Assembly: GCA_036266415.1 (NCBI GenBank)
Contig: DATANB010000083.1
Location: 3,719 to 67,718, forward strand
Direction: 5' to 3'
DNA length: 64,000 nt
Origin: Bradyrhizobium sp.
Lineage (GTDB): Bacteria > Pseudomonadota > Alphaproteobacteria > Rhizobiales > Xanthobacteraceae
In this document: positions 9,715 through 20,409 of the stretch, one piece after another
Layout of the letters: each line of letters begins with the position of its first letter
How positions within the stretch are numbered: the first letter of the stretch is position 1
Translations under genes and position numbers: made by a program
The notes under the pieces: generated by a model
What the model was told of the DNA's origin: nothing
What the model saw: the letters and a program-made list of their open reading frames with translations, nothing else
Database searches by the model: none

Positions 9715-12700
9715 ATGCCCAACAAAATGTTGATCGATGCGACCCACCCGGAAGAGACCCGGGTGGTTGTGGTCCGCGGCAATCGCGTCGAGGAGTTTGA
9801 TTTCGAAACCGCGCAGCGCAAGCAACTGCGCGGCAACATCTACCTCGCCAAGGTCACGCGCGTGGAGCCGTCGCTGCAGGCGGCCTTCATCGAATATGGC
9901 GGCAACCGCCACGGCTTTCTCGCCTTTAGCGAAATCCACCCCGATTATTATCAAATTCCGGTTGCCGATCGCCAGGCGCTGATCGAGGCGGACGAACGCG
10001 CGCATCGTGAGGCCGAGGAGGAGACCGAAAACCGCTCCAACCGCCGCCGCCCGCGCCACCGCAATTCGCGCCGCCGCGGCAACGGCGAGCGCATCCAGAG
10101 CGACATCGTCGAGACCGCAGCCGCCGAACCGTCGCAGACCGCCCAGCCGCATGAGGGCCAGCAACCCCTGGAAGCCCCGCACGCCGAAAGCGATCATGCC
10201 CACGAGGTCGAGCATCACCATGCCGATGCCGGGCATCGCGAGCATGGCGATCATGATCACGACCATCATGAGCACGCTCACGACGAGCACGATCATGCCG
10301 ATGACCGGGGCACCGAGACTCACGCGAGCGAGACGCTGGCCGCGGTGACGCTGCCCGATACGGCCGCCATCGAGGCGGCCGCCGCCGCTCCGGACCACAC
10401 CGCAGACGCCCACGAAGAACATCCCCATGACGAGCGCAGCCGGGAGGAGCACGCGGAAGAAAACGCCGCCCATGCCGACGACGCGCGCCACGCCGAACAT
10501 GACGGCGGCGAGCCTGCCGCATCAGGCCATGAGGCCGCCCCGCACGGCGACGAAAGTCACGACGATGAAGACGAGGGCGATGACGCCGAGGAAGCCGAGG
10601 AAGATGTCGTGGAATCCGTCGGCGGCGACGACGTCCTGGAAGAAGTGCCGGAGCGCGCCTTCCGCCCGCGCCGCCAGTACAAGATCCAGGAAGTCATCAA
10701 GCGCCGTCAGGTCATGCTGGTGCAGGTCGTCAAGGAGGAACGCGGCAACAAGGGCGCAGCGCTGACGACGTACCTGTCGCTGGCCGGCCGCTATGCCGTA
10801 TTGATGCCCAACACCGCGCGCGGTGGCGGCATCAGCCGCAAGATCACCTCGGCGCAGGATCGCTCGCGGCTGAAGGACGTGGTGCAGGACCTCGATGTGC
10901 CCGAGGGCATGGGCATCATCCTGCGCACCGCCGGCGCCTCCCGGACCAAGCCGGAAATCAAGCGCGACTTCGAATATCTGATCCGCATGTGGGAAACCGT
11001 CCGCGACATGACCCTGAAGTCGCAGGCGCCGACCCTGGTCTACGAGGAAGGCTCGCTGATCAAGCGATCGCTGCGCGATCTCTACAACAAGGAAATCGAC
11101 GAAATTCTGGTCGCCGGCGAGGCCGGCTATCAGGAGGCCCGCGATTTCATGAAGATGCTGATGCCGTCGAACGTGCGCGCGGTGAAACAGTATCGCGACG
11201 GCCAGCCGCTGTTCTCGCGGATGGGCGTCGAGAGCCAGCTCGATGCGATGTTCTCGCCGACCGTGCAACTGCGCTCCGGCGGCTACATCGTCATCAACCA
11301 GACCGAGGCGCTGGTCTCGATCGACGTCAATTCCGGGCGATCGACCCGCGAACACCACATCGAGGATACCGCGCTCAAGACCAACCTCGAGGCCGCCGAG
11401 GAAGTCGCAAGACAGCTGCGCCTGCGCGACCTCGCCGGCCTGATCGTCATCGACTTCATCGATATGGACGAGAAGCGCAACAACCGCTCGGTCGAGCGCA
11501 AACTCAGCGATTGCCTGCGGCAGGACCGCGCGCGAATCCAGGTCGGGCGCATTTCGCATTTCGGCCTGCTCGAAATGTCACGCCAGCGCATTCGCGCCAG
11601 CGTGCTGGAGAGTTCGACGGAACCGTGCCCGCAGTGCGGCGGCAGCGGCCATGTGCGCTCGGTATCCTCGGTGGCGTTACAGTTGCTGCGCGGGCTTGAA
11701 GAAATCCTGATGAAGGGCGCGACCCACAATCTCGTGGTGCGCACCCGCACCGACGTCGCGCTCTACGTCCTCAACCACAAGCGCGGCCATCTGCGCGATC
11801 TCGAAAACAGCTTCAAGGTGACGCTTGCGGTAATCGCCGACCCGACAGTGAGTGGCCAGCAGTCGTTCGTGATCGATCGCGGCGAACAGGTGCACACGCT
11901 GGAGGCCGCCAAGGCGCTGCTGGCCGCGCAGGTTGCAGGTTACCCTGCGCATGTCGAAGAAGCCTTCGACGACGAAGAGCCATTCGATATCGAAGTCGAA
12001 TCGGAGGTGGAAACCGAGGAGACCGAAGGTCTGACCGACGATGCCGCGGCCGGCGAAGAGAGCAACGGCGAGCCCGATGCCGATGGCCACAAGCGCAAGC
12101 GGCGGCGGCGACGGCGCGGTCGGCCCGGCGAGGCGCGCGACGGCGGCCCCGCGCGCGACGAAAATTCCGCTCCGCGCATCGCCCCGGTCACGCTCGAGGT
12201 TTCGGGAGGCGTTGGCGACGACAGCGAATCCGACGAGGACGAGTCCGACGAGCAGCCCGGGATGGTTCGCACCGATCAGGCGGCAGGCGGCGAGCGCCGC
12301 CCCCGTCGTCGCGGACGTCGCGGCGGACGCCGCCGACGCGGCGGGCCGGAGGATGGTCTGGCCGGATCGATCACGGACGAACTTGGACCGAGATCAGATC
12401 CGGAAGCGATCAACGCGGTTGCTGATTTTGATGGACGTCCGTCCGAACCATACCGGCCGGTTGTTCAGCCCGAATTCACCGCGCCGCCCGAGCAGCAACA
12501 TGCGGATCGCGATCAGCCGGAGCCGGTTCCCGCGCCCGCCGTGGCCGAGACCGCTCAGGAGGCCGAACGGGCCGCGCGCCGGCGCTCAACCGTGCGCGAA
12601 AAGGTGAGCTTTCTGGTCGATGCCCAGCCCGCTGCCGGAGCGCCAGTCAGTCACGGCCAGCCCGAGCCATCGGCGGCCCCCGCCCCGGCCCAACCCGCTT

Positions 12701-12771
12701 CCGCAGCACCAAATGACAGCCAGCCGCGCCGCGCCGGATGGTGGTCACGGCGCTTCGGCAACGGCGAATAG
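9715..12771 (+). CDS. rne: Ribonuclease E
   Basis: MLIDATHPEETRV start, GNIYLAKVTRVEPSLQAAF, IDVNSG, DFIDM, CPQC Zn-link, disordered Arg/acidic C-terminus ending GWWSRRFG. Confidence 0.97.
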   Translation: MPNKMLIDATHPEETRVVVVRGNRVEEFDFETAQRKQLRGNIYLAKVTRVEPSLQAAFIEYGGNRHGFLAFSEIHPDYYQIPVADRQALIEADERAHREAEEETENRSNRRRPRHRNSRRRGNGERIQSDIVETAAAEPSQTAQPHEGQQPLEAPHAESDHAHEVEHHHADAGHREHGDHDHDHHEHAHDEHDHADDRGTETHASETLAAVTLPDTAAIEAAAAAPDHTADAHEEHPHDERSREEHAEENAAHADDARHAEHDGGEPAASGHEAAPHGDESHDDEDEGDDAEEAEEDVVESVGGDDVLEEVPERAFRPRRQYKIQEVIKRRQVMLVQVVKEERGNKGAALTTYLSLAGRYAVLMPNTARGGGISRKITSAQDRSRLKDVVQDLDVPEGMGIILRTAGASRTKPEIKRDFEYLIRMWETVRDMTLKSQAPTLVYEEGSLIKRSLRDLYNKEIDEILVAGEAGYQEARDFMKMLMPSNVRAVKQYRDGQPLFSRMGVESQLDAMFSPTVQLRSGGYIVINQTEALVSIDVNSGRSTREHHIEDTALKTNLEAAEEVARQLRLRDLAGLIVIDFIDMDEKRNNRSVERKLSDCLRQDRARIQVGRISHFGLLEMSRQRIRASVLESSTEPCPQCGGSGHVRSVSSVALQLLRGLEEILMKGATHNLVVRTRTDVALYVLNHKRGHLRDLENSFKVTLAVIADPTVSGQQSFVIDRGEQVHTLEAAKALLAAQVAGYPAHVEEAFDDEEPFDIEVESEVETEETEGLTDDAAAGEESNGEPDADGHKRKRRRRRRGRPGEARDGGPARDENSAPRIAPVTLEVSGGVGDDSESDEDESDEQPGMVRTDQAAGGERRPRRRGRRGGRRRRGGPEDGLAGSITDELGPRSDPEAINAVADFDGRPSEPYRPVVQPEFTAPPEQQHADRDQPEPVPAPAVAETAQEAERAARRRSTVREKVSFLVDAQPAAGAPVSHGQPEPSAAPAPAQPASAAPNDSQPRRAGWWSRRFGNGE

Positions 12772-12794
12772 CAAAGCGGTCGATGAAAACCAGC

Positions 12795-12823
12795 AAACCG
12801 CCCGGCAAAACCGGGCGGTTTTT
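12795..12823. terminator. Intrinsic terminator, probably bidirectional
   Basis: aaaccgcccgg-caaaa-ccgggcggttttt between convergent rne and the DUF2336 gene. Confidence 0.85.
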
Positions 12824-12873
12824 GATTTTGCAAAGAATCGAATTGGGAGTGCCGGCGGCGTTGCCCGACGCGG

Positions 12874-13986
12874 TCAGGAAGATGATCGAACCTGCCAAAA
12901 CCTGAGCAAACGGTGGGCGTTTTCAGGTGTAAGTTTGGCGAACTGGCTTTTCGCGGCGGCCAACTCGCGCGGCCCCATCGAGCCAGTGGCAAAGCGGCTC
13001 TCCAGAACCGCGTGCACGGTCTCCCAGTCGAGGCCGGCTGCCTTGCAGGGAACGAGAACGCCGTCGTGGCGAAGGCTTTGCATCAGCGGGCGGACGACCT
13101 CGATGGTGGATTGCGATAATTCCGCAAGCCCGGCCACTGTCTCCTCGTATTTTCGCTGTCGGGCGAACCCCAACAAAGTCGCTTCACTGAATTCGCCTTT
13201 TTCCTTTAGCTGCGACACAAAGCGTTTGGCCGCGGCAAAGTCGCGGACCCTGGACATCTCGCGATCCACTCCCGTCGCGACGTCCGCGATTGCGCTCCGG
13301 ATTTCCTCAAAAATGTGAGCCGGCGCGCGTGACAGCAGCCGCGACCGGACCGCTTCTGTGGCGTTGCGCAACAGCCGGTTGCGAAGTTCCGGCGGCAGAT
13401 CGACCCGAATGCCGGTCTCAACGGCAAGTTCAGGATCGGCTTCGGCCTGCGCTACCACCATTGCAAAGCCTTCCGCCGAAAGGCGCGCACCCGGATTATT
13501 GATGATCCGCCGGCTAACGCTGGGATAGCGGCGGGCCAATAGCGCGTCGGTGACGACTTCCAATAGCCACCAGCGGCCTGAAATTGCCAAAAGGTGCTGT
13601 TCGCCCTTGGTGCCCGCGATTTGGATTAGATCTGCCGTGCCCAGACGCGGGGATTCCTTCAAAACGGGTCCGGCGATGGTGATCTCGTCGTTCCCGGCAA
13701 GAAGGCGGATGACATTGGACGGCGCCTGGGGAACGGGCGCCAGTTGAACGCTCATTTCGGCAAGCGCTATGCGGGCACTGACGTCGGCGATCGTCCGGAG
13801 TTCGATCGTCTTGACGAGGCGCTCAAGCACCTCGCCAAACAGCTCGATTTGCTCGCTATTGAAGCTGCCGGCGGAGGACAGGAATAGATCCGTGACGCGC
13901 TTGATCGTGTCGAGGGGTTTATCCGCTGAACCGGTATTTATTGCCGCTTCGACTTCGTCGACAATTGCTAAAGCTGCAGCTGGCAT
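12874..13986 (-). CDS. DUF2336 domain-containing protein
   Basis: VTDLFL, LA..DEI.IAGPVL.ESPRL, HLLAIS.R, CKAAGLDW, RLLRFWQVR patterns. Confidence 0.8.
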   Translation of the reverse strand: MPAAALAIVDEVEAAINTGSADKPLDTIKRVTDLFLSSAGSFNSEQIELFGEVLERLVKTIELRTIADVSARIALAEMSVQLAPVPQAPSNVIRLLAGNDEITIAGPVLKESPRLGTADLIQIAGTKGEQHLLAISGRWWLLEVVTDALLARRYPSVSRRIINNPGARLSAEGFAMVVAQAEADPELAVETGIRVDLPPELRNRLLRNATEAVRSRLLSRAPAHIFEEIRSAIADVATGVDREMSRVRDFAAAKRFVSQLKEKGEFSEATLLGFARQRKYEETVAGLAELSQSTIEVVRPLMQSLRHDGVLVPCKAAGLDWETVHAVLESRFATGSMGPRELAAAKSQFAKLTPENAHRLLRFWQVRSSS

Positions 13987-14141
13987 CGCTCATCCTGAGC
14001 GCTCTGGAGTGCTGTTCTAGGCCCATTGTGGCTTTATATGGAATAACTGAACGTTCCGTAAAACCGCCGTCGCCCAGGGGCGCATCCCTGTTACGCCCGG
14101 ATGCGAACTCCTGACCGCATGTCGATGATTCCACTCCCGAA

Positions 14142-15470
14142 CTAGCCGGTCGTGACGGCAGTCTCCACGTCCGACGGATCGATATGTTTATTGAGGTTGG
14201 CATGCAGCTTTTCGTGATCGAGTTCGCCCTCCCAGGCGGAGACCACCACGCATGCAACGCCGTTGCCGCAGAGGTTGGTGAGAGCGCGGCATTCGCTCAT
14301 GAATTTGTCGATCCCAAGAACAACGGCCATGCCGGGCACCAGGCGCGGATCGACAACGGCAAGCGTCGCCGCAAGCGTGATGAACCCCGCGCCGGTGACG
14401 CCGGAGGCTCCCTTCGAGGTCAGCATTGCGACCACCAGGATGGTGATCTGCTGGCCGAGTGTCAGATCGAAACCGAGCGCCTGCGCGATGAACAGGGTTG
14501 CGAGCGTCATGTAGATATTCGTGCCGTCGAGATTGAAGGAATATCCGGTCGGCACCACCAGGCCGACGACCGACTTGGAACAGCCGAGCCGTTCCAGCTT
14601 TTCCATCAGGGACGGCAACGCGCTTTCCGAAGACGAGGTGCCGAGCACGACCAGCAACTCATCCCTGATGTAGCTCAGGAACTTGAAGATCGAGAAGCCG
14701 ACGATCCGCGCGATGATGCCCAGCACCACGAACACGAACAGCGCCGCTGTGAGGTAGAATGTCGCGATGAGGCCGATCAGATTCAGGATGGCGCCGGTGC
14801 CGAACTTGCCGATCGTGAAGGCCATGGCGCCGAACGCGCCGATCGGCGCGGCCTTCATGATAATGGAAATGACGCCGAAAACCCCCTGCGCGGCCTCGTC
14901 GACAAACACGCGCAGGTTTTTGCCGCGCTCGCCGAGGCTCATGACGGCAAAGCCGAACAGAATTGAAAACAGCAGCACCTGAAGGATCTCGCCGGTCGCA
15001 AACGCACCGACGACCGTGTCGGGAATGATGTGCAGAAAGAAATCGACACTCTTCTGGGATTCCGCCTGTTTGGCGTAGCTGGCTACCGCCTGCGCATTGG
15101 CCATGGAGCTGCCAAATCCCGCGCCCGGACGCGCCAGATTTCCGACCAAGAGACCGATGATCAGCGCGAAGGTCGATACGATTTCGAAATAGACCAGCGC
15201 CTTGACGCCGATGCGGCCGACCTTTTTGGCGTCCTGGATATGCGCTATGCCGGAAACCACCGTGCAGAAGATGATCGGCGCAATCACCATCTTGATCAGC
15301 TTGATGAATCCGTCGCCGAGCGCCTTGATCCAGTCATTGGTCGCCAGATTGGGCCACAGCCAGCCCACGATGGCCCCGAGCACGATCCCGATCAGGACCT
15401 GAACATAAAGCACCCGGTACCAGGGTTTTGCCGCAGGCGCCGGGGCCGCGGTTGCGATCGTCGCCGACAT
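14142..15470 (-). CDS. dctA: C4-dicarboxylate/cation symporter (DAACS family)
   Basis: [48 protein letters not shown]; start may be GTG at 15485. Confidence 0.92.
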   Translation of the reverse strand: MSATIATAAPAPAAKPWYRVLYVQVLIGIVLGAIVGWLWPNLATNDWIKALGDGFIKLIKMVIAPIIFCTVVSGIAHIQDAKKVGRIGVKALVYFEIVSTFALIIGLLVGNLARPGAGFGSSMANAQAVASYAKQAESQKSVDFFLHIIPDTVVGAFATGEILQVLLFSILFGFAVMSLGERGKNLRVFVDEAAQGVFGVISIIMKAAPIGAFGAMAFTIGKFGTGAILNLIGLIATFYLTAALFVFVVLGIIARIVGFSIFKFLSYIRDELLVVLGTSSSESALPSLMEKLERLGCSKSVVGLVVPTGYSFNLDGTNIYMTLATLFIAQALGFDLTLGQQITILVVAMLTSKGASGVTGAGFITLAATLAVVDPRLVPGMAVVLGIDKFMSECRALTNLCGNGVACVVVSAWEGELDHEKLHANLNKHIDPSDVETAVTTG

Positions 15471-15599
15471 GACCTTGCCCCCCACTGACGATTAAGTCGC
15501 GAACCCGCCCGCTCCATTCGCGGGCGGCCGTCCCACCCTTGCAGCGAAGATCAATTGGTTCATCAGAGTCAATGACGCAGGACAAGGCGTCCGGTAATT

Positions 15600-16796
15600 T
15601 TATCGGCGGTCACCCAGCCAGCGCGCGATCCGCGCCACGGCCTCGTGCATGTCCTCAGCCGAACGCGCGTAGGAGAAACGGATGAACTGATGGCCGCGGA
15701 TCGGATCGAAGTCGATGCCGGGGGTGGTGGCGACATGCGCCTGTTCCAGCATTTGCCTCGCGAACTCGAAACTGTCCGGGCTGAACGCCGAGACGTCGGC
15801 GTAAAGGTAGAACGCGCCGTCCGCGGGCAGGAATTTCGTAAGACCGGCGCGCGGCAGGCCCTCGATCAGGATGCGGCGGTTCTCCTGGTAGCCGCGCTTC
15901 ACCTCTTCCATCTCCGCGCGGCCATCAAAAGCGGCCTCGGCGGCAATTTGCGACAGCGTCGGCACCGAGATCGCGAGATTCTGCTGCAGCCGCTCGATCG
16001 GCCGGACCAGCGGCTCGGGCGCCACCATCCAGCCGACCCGCCAGCCGGTCATGCAGAAATATTTCGAAAACGAGTTGATGATGAGCGCATGCGGCGAGAG
16101 TTCCGCCGCCGTCACCGCGGGAAACGCATAATCCAGACCATGGTAAATCTCGTCGGAAATGAAACGAATGCCGGCGTCTTCCGCCGCCGCGATCAGGTTG
16201 GCGAGCGCCTCCCTCGACATCATCGTGCCTGTGGGATTGGCCGGGCTGCCCACTAGCACGCCCTTCAGCGGCGTCTTGCGATGGACGGCGAGCAGCGCCT
16301 CGCCGGTCAGCGCATGCCGGGTTTCGCCGGATGTCTCGATCAGCACCGGCTCGCAGCCAAGCGCGGTGAGAATGTGACGATAGGGCGGATAACCGGGCAC
16401 CGTGACCGCCACCCGGTCGCCGGCATCGAACATGGCGAGAAAGCCTAAGATGAACGCGCCTGACGAGCCCGTCGTGACCACGATCCGCCCGGGATCCAAG
16501 GCGCAGCCGTAAGTCTCGCGGTAGTGCCCGGCGATCCGCTCGCGCAGCGACGGGATGCCCAGCGCGGAGGTATAGTCGATCCTGGCCCCATCGAGTGCCG
16601 CGTGCGCCGCCGATATCGCCGCCTTCGGCGCCGGCGCCCAGGGTTGCCCGACTTCCATGTGAATGACATGTCCGCCGGCCGCTTCGATGCGCGCGGCCGC
16701 CGCCATCACGTCCATCACCATGAACGGCGGAACATCGCTTCGCTCCGACGCCGCTAACAGGCCCCGCGCGCGGTCTCTCAATGTCGCTTCAAGCAT
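15600..16796 (-). CDS. PLP-dependent aminotransferase class I/II (aspartate aminotransferase-like)
   Basis: SPANPTG, SDEIYHG, SFSKYFCMTGWRVG. Confidence 0.92.
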   Translation of the reverse strand: MLEATLRDRARGLLAASERSDVPPFMVMDVMAAAARIEAAGGHVIHMEVGQPWAPAPKAAISAAHAALDGARIDYTSALGIPSLRERIAGHYRETYGCALDPGRIVVTTGSSGAFILGFLAMFDAGDRVAVTVPGYPPYRHILTALGCEPVLIETSGETRHALTGEALLAVHRKTPLKGVLVGSPANPTGTMMSREALANLIAAAEDAGIRFISDEIYHGLDYAFPAVTAAELSPHALIINSFSKYFCMTGWRVGWMVAPEPLVRPIERLQQNLAISVPTLSQIAAEAAFDGRAEMEEVKRGYQENRRILIEGLPRAGLTKFLPADGAFYLYADVSAFSPDSFEFARQMLEQAHVATTPGIDFDPIRGHQFIRFSYARSAEDMHEAVARIARWLGDRR

Positions 16797-16899
16797 CGAT
16801 ATCTGCTATTTGATCCCGTGCCCCAGACTAGCCGCATTCGGCGGTTTGTTAGGGCATATCCCGTATCCGACCCGCCGCCAATCGTTTAAAGACTGCGCG

Positions 16900-18303
16900 A
16901 TGCTGCTTCCGACAGACCTACGCAACAAAGCCTCGAAACTGACCGCGCTCACAACCGCGATCGCGCTTGCTGTTGCGCCGATATCACCGGCGTTCGCCCA
17001 GCAGGAGAAGGGCCCGCCGACGATCCGGGACACCGAGGCCGAGCAATTGTTGCGCGACTATACCCGGCCGATCCTGCGCACCGCGGGCCTGGAAAAGCAG
17101 AACATCCAAGTCGCGATCATCAACGAGAGCGTCTTCAACGCCTTCGTCGCAGATGGCCACCGGATATTCGTCAATTACGGCGCGCTGATGCAGTCCGAGA
17201 CCCCGAACCAGCTCATCGGGGTGCTGGCGCACGAGACCGGCCATCTCGCCGGCGGCCATCTCGCCAAGATGCGCCAGCAAATGGCGCAGGCGCAGACCCA
17301 GATGATCATCGCGATGCTGCTGGGCGCCGGCGCGATGGTGGCGGGCGCCAGAAGCGGCAGCAGCAACAGCGGCCTGTCCAATGTCGGCGCGGCTGCGATC
17401 GCCGGTCCGCAGGAAATGATCCGCCGCAACCTGATCGCATATGTGCGTCAGCAGGAGGAGAACGCCGACCGCGCGGGGGTGAAGTTTCTGACCGCCACCG
17501 GCCAATCCGCCAGGGGCATGTACGAAACCTTCAAGCGGTTCAGCAATGACAGCCTGTTCGCCGCGCACGGCGCCGATCCCTACCTTCAATCGCATCCGAT
17601 GCCCGCCGAGCGTGTCGCGGCGCTCGAGGAATTGGCGCGTTCAAGCCCCTATTGGGACAAGAAGGACGATCCGGCCCTGCAATTTCGCCACGACATGGTG
17701 CGAGCCAAGATCTCGGCCTTCATGGAACGCCAGGACACCGTCTACCGGCGCTATCCGATGTCCAACGAAAGCATGCCCGCGCGCTACGCGCACGCGATCA
17801 CCACCTACCTGCATGGCGATTTGCGCTCGGCGCTCGTCCAGATCGACGGTCTGATCCAGGCGCAGCCCAACAACCCCTATTTTTATGAATTGCGCGGTCA
17901 GGCGCTGCTGGAAGGCGGCAAGCCCGCCGAGGCCATCGCCCCCCTGCGCAAGGCTGTAGCGCTCTCCAACAACGCCCCGCTCATCGAGATGTTACTTGGG
18001 CAGGCGCTCGTGGGAACCGATAATAAGGCCTACACCGAGGAAGCGATTGCGATTCTGCGTGGCGCGGTGGCCCGCGAGACCGAGGCGCCCCTCGGCTATA
18101 TGCAGCTCGCAATGGCCTATGGCCGAAAGGGAGATTTCGCACAGGCCGACCTGGCGTCGGCGCAGGCCGCCTATCTTCGCGGCGACAACAAGACCGCGCG
18201 CGAACTCGCCGCGCGCGCCAAAACCCGTTTCGCCGTCGGCACACCCGGGTGGGTCAAGGCCGACGACATCGTCGCCGCAAAGCCGCCGCCAAAGAGCAAC
18301 TAG
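16900..18303 (+). CDS. M48 family metalloprotease with TPRs (BepA/YfgC-like)
   Basis: NAFV, HETGH (HExxH), EENADR, SHP motifs; signal peptide; ATG at 16900 avoids overlap with the divergent gene. Confidence 0.88.
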   Translation: MLLPTDLRNKASKLTALTTAIALAVAPISPAFAQQEKGPPTIRDTEAEQLLRDYTRPILRTAGLEKQNIQVAIINESVFNAFVADGHRIFVNYGALMQSETPNQLIGVLAHETGHLAGGHLAKMRQQMAQAQTQMIIAMLLGAGAMVAGARSGSSNSGLSNVGAAAIAGPQEMIRRNLIAYVRQQEENADRAGVKFLTATGQSARGMYETFKRFSNDSLFAAHGADPYLQSHPMPAERVAALEELARSSPYWDKKDDPALQFRHDMVRAKISAFMERQDTVYRRYPMSNESMPARYAHAITTYLHGDLRSALVQIDGLIQAQPNNPYFYELRGQALLEGGKPAEAIAPLRKAVALSNNAPLIEMLLGQALVGTDNKAYTEEAIAILRGAVARETEAPLGYMQLAMAYGRKGDFAQADLASAQAAYLRGDNKTARELAARAKTRFAVGTPGWVKADDIVAAKPPPKSN

Positions 18304-18364
18304 AAATAAACTAAGCCGCCTTACCAAGCTTAAAAAACCGGCTTTCACCAAGAGGATTTTGCCA

Positions 18365-19132
18365 ATGCCTTCGTTCCGCCTGCTCGCGCCCGCCTTGCTC
18401 ATGCTCGCCCTCTGCGGCATGCCGCCAGCCGCGTCGGCGCAGAGTTTTTCCGACAGCCAGCGCGGCGATATCGAGACCATCGTCCGGAACTACCTGATCG
18501 CGCATCCGGAAGTGCTGGAAGATGCCATGGCCGAACTCAGCAAGCGCCAGGCCGCTGCCGAGACCGAGAAGCACGAAGCCAGCGTTGCCACCAACGCAGA
18601 GACGATTTTCAATTCGCCGCGCGGCGTGTTGCTCGGCAACAAGGACGGCGATGTCACCTTCGTCGAATTCTTCGATTACAATTGCGGCTATTGCAAACGC
18701 GCCATGGCCGACATGCTCGATCTGATGAAGACCGATCCCAAACTGAAGGTGGTGTTGAAGGAATTCCCGGTGCTGAGCCAGGGTTCGGTCGAGGCCGCGC
18801 AGGTCGCGGTCGCCGTCCGCATGCAGGATCCCACCGGCAAGAAGTATCTCGATTTTCACCAGCGGTTGCTCGGTGGTCGCGGTCCGGCCGACAAGGCGCG
18901 CGCTCTGGCGGCCGCCAAGGAGGCTGGGCTCGATACCGGCCGAATCGAGAAGGATCTCGCCAGCCCGGAGGTGCGCGCTACGATCGAGGAGAACTTCAAA
19001 CTCGCCGAGGCGATGGGCATGAACGGCACGCCGAGCTACGTGATCGGCAAGCAGGTGGTGGTCGGCGCCGTCGGGCTCGACAGCCTCAAGGAAAAAATCG
19101 GTCTCGCCCGTTGCGGCAAGGCGACCTGCTGA
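18365..19132 (+). CDS. DsbA-family thiol-disulfide oxidoreductase (ScsC-like)
   Basis: EFFDYNCGYCK, GTPSY cis-Pro loop, signal peptide. Confidence 0.9.
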   Translation: MPSFRLLAPALLMLALCGMPPAASAQSFSDSQRGDIETIVRNYLIAHPEVLEDAMAELSKRQAAAETEKHEASVATNAETIFNSPRGVLLGNKDGDVTFVEFFDYNCGYCKRAMADMLDLMKTDPKLKVVLKEFPVLSQGSVEAAQVAVAVRMQDPTGKKYLDFHQRLLGGRGPADKARALAAAKEAGLDTGRIEKDLASPEVRATIEENFKLAEAMGMNGTPSYVIGKQVVVGAVGLDSLKEKIGLARCGKATC

Positions 19133-19169
19133 GGGTAGCGATCAGGCATTACCGCTGACGTCAAATTCG

Positions 19170-19198
19170 AAAAGGCCGGCGGGACAGCCGGCCTTTTT
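19170..19198 (+). terminator. Intrinsic terminator
   Basis: aaaaggccggc-gggaca-gccggccttttt. Confidence 0.85.
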
Positions 19199-19271
19199 AT
19201 TGACCTATTCTCCGCAGCCAGACGTTCACCCTGCATTCACAAAACAAACCCGGTGGAACCTCCGACATCGT

Positions 19272-19296
19272 GGAACATCGCTCCCCTGCTTTCGTT
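19272..19296 (+). promoter_or_regulatory. Sigma-EcfG-type (general stress) promoter GGAAC-N16-CGTT
   Basis: ggaac atcgctcccctgcttt cgtt, 38 nt before ATG 19335. Confidence 0.75.
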
Positions 19297-19334
19297 GTTG
19301 GCGCGGGCAATGCAAACATGTGAGGAGAAATTCT

Positions 19335-20135
19335 ATGACTAACCGCTTTATGATGTCGGTCGCCGCCGTGGCGCTGATCGCGGGAACCGGCTTCGCCAGC
19401 GCGCAGGGAACCATGGGCCGCGAAGGATCGTCGGCGGGTTCCACTGCCCAGCAGAGCGCACCGTCTGCTGGAACTTCAAGCCACGAGGCGACCAAGCCGT
19501 CGTCGGGCATGAAGTCCACCCAGTCCGAACAGAAGTCACCGACCGCCGGCAAGAACGAGCGTGCCGAGGACAATCTGCAAGGCCAGAAGTCGAAGAACAT
19601 GAGTTCGGATAACGACCGCACCAAGGGCGGCAAGGAGATGAAGGCCGAGGGTCGTGAGGATCGCAACGCCACGAAGGCTGAAGGCCGCGAAGACCGCAGC
19701 AAAGGCATGAAGGCCGAAGGCCGCGAGGACCGTAACGGCATGAAGGCTGAAGGCCGCGAGGACCGCAGCAAGGGCATGAAAGCCGAAGGTCGCGAAGACC
19801 GCAACGGCATGAAGGCCGAGGGTCGCGAAGACCGCAACGAGACCAGGTCGCAGACCACGACAGGTCAGGCCGGCGCCGGCGCCAAACTCTCGACGGAGCA
19901 GCGTACCAAGATCACCAGCGTGATCCGCGAGCAGCACGTTGCGCCGATCAACAACGTCAACTTCTCGATCTCGGTCGGCACGCGCGTTCCCCGCGAAGTG
20001 TCGTTCCATCCGCTTCCGGCGCAGATCGTGACGATCTATCCGGAGTGGCGCGGCTATGAGTACTTCCTGGTCCGCGACCAGATCGTGGTGGTGGATCCGC
20101 GCACGCTCGAGATCGTGGCGGTACTGGAAGCCTAA
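19335..20135 (+). CDS. Secreted DUF1236 domain protein with a hydrophilic repeat tract
   Basis: SD GAGGAG; signal peptide; C-terminal SISVGTRVPR..PLP..IVTIYPEWRGYEY..VRDQIVVVDPRT. Confidence 0.85.
   Translation: MTNRFMMSVAAVALIAGTGFASAQGTMGREGSSAGSTAQQSAPSAGTSSHEATKPSSGMKSTQSEQKSPTAGKNERAEDNLQGQKSKNMSSDNDRTKGGKEMKAEGREDRNATKAEGREDRSKGMKAEGREDRNGMKAEGREDRSKGMKAEGREDRNGMKAEGREDRNETRSQTTTGQAGAGAKLSTEQRTKITSVIREQHVAPINNVNFSISVGTRVPREVSFHPLPAQIVTIYPEWRGYEYFLVRDQIVVVDPRTLEIVAVLEA
19638..19835 (+). repeat. Coding tandem repeat, six copies of (M/T)KAEGREDR in alternating 33/36-bp units
   Basis: aaggc(c/t)ga(a/g)gg(c/t)cgcga(a/g)gaccg-like unit repeated six times. Confidence 0.9.
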
Positions 20136-20166
20136 ATCCAGGTCGACAACGACGACAACCGGCTTC

Positions 20167-20195
20167 GGGGCGGGCAGAAATGCCCGCCCCTTTTT
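20167..20195 (+). terminator. Intrinsic terminator
   Basis: ggggcgggca-gaaa-tgcccgcccc-ttttt. Confidence 0.85.
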
Positions 20196-20409
20196 CTTGC
20201 GGCCTGAAATCTCCCGATCCCGCGGGAATTGGCCGGCGGCCGAGCGTCCTTTTTAACATTGGTTAACGTGCTGTTTCAGCAGGTTCCGTGCGGCTTTTTA
20301 CGAAGCGGGTGAGGCATTTGAGCGGGGTCGGCTGAGGCCTAAAGGCTTCCCCTGCGGCCTGTTGTTACCTATAACCGCCGCCACCTGCCGCGACATTGCC
20401 GGGATTTGA

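Noticed and set aside
15486-15599. Sigma-54 promoter for dctA
   Set aside because: No TGGCAC-N5-TTGC match on the minus strand in the short intergenic region
20251-20268. CtrA-like site ttaacattggttaac upstream of aroQ
   Set aside because: Spacing is N6 rather than N7 and the target is not an obvious cell-cycle gene
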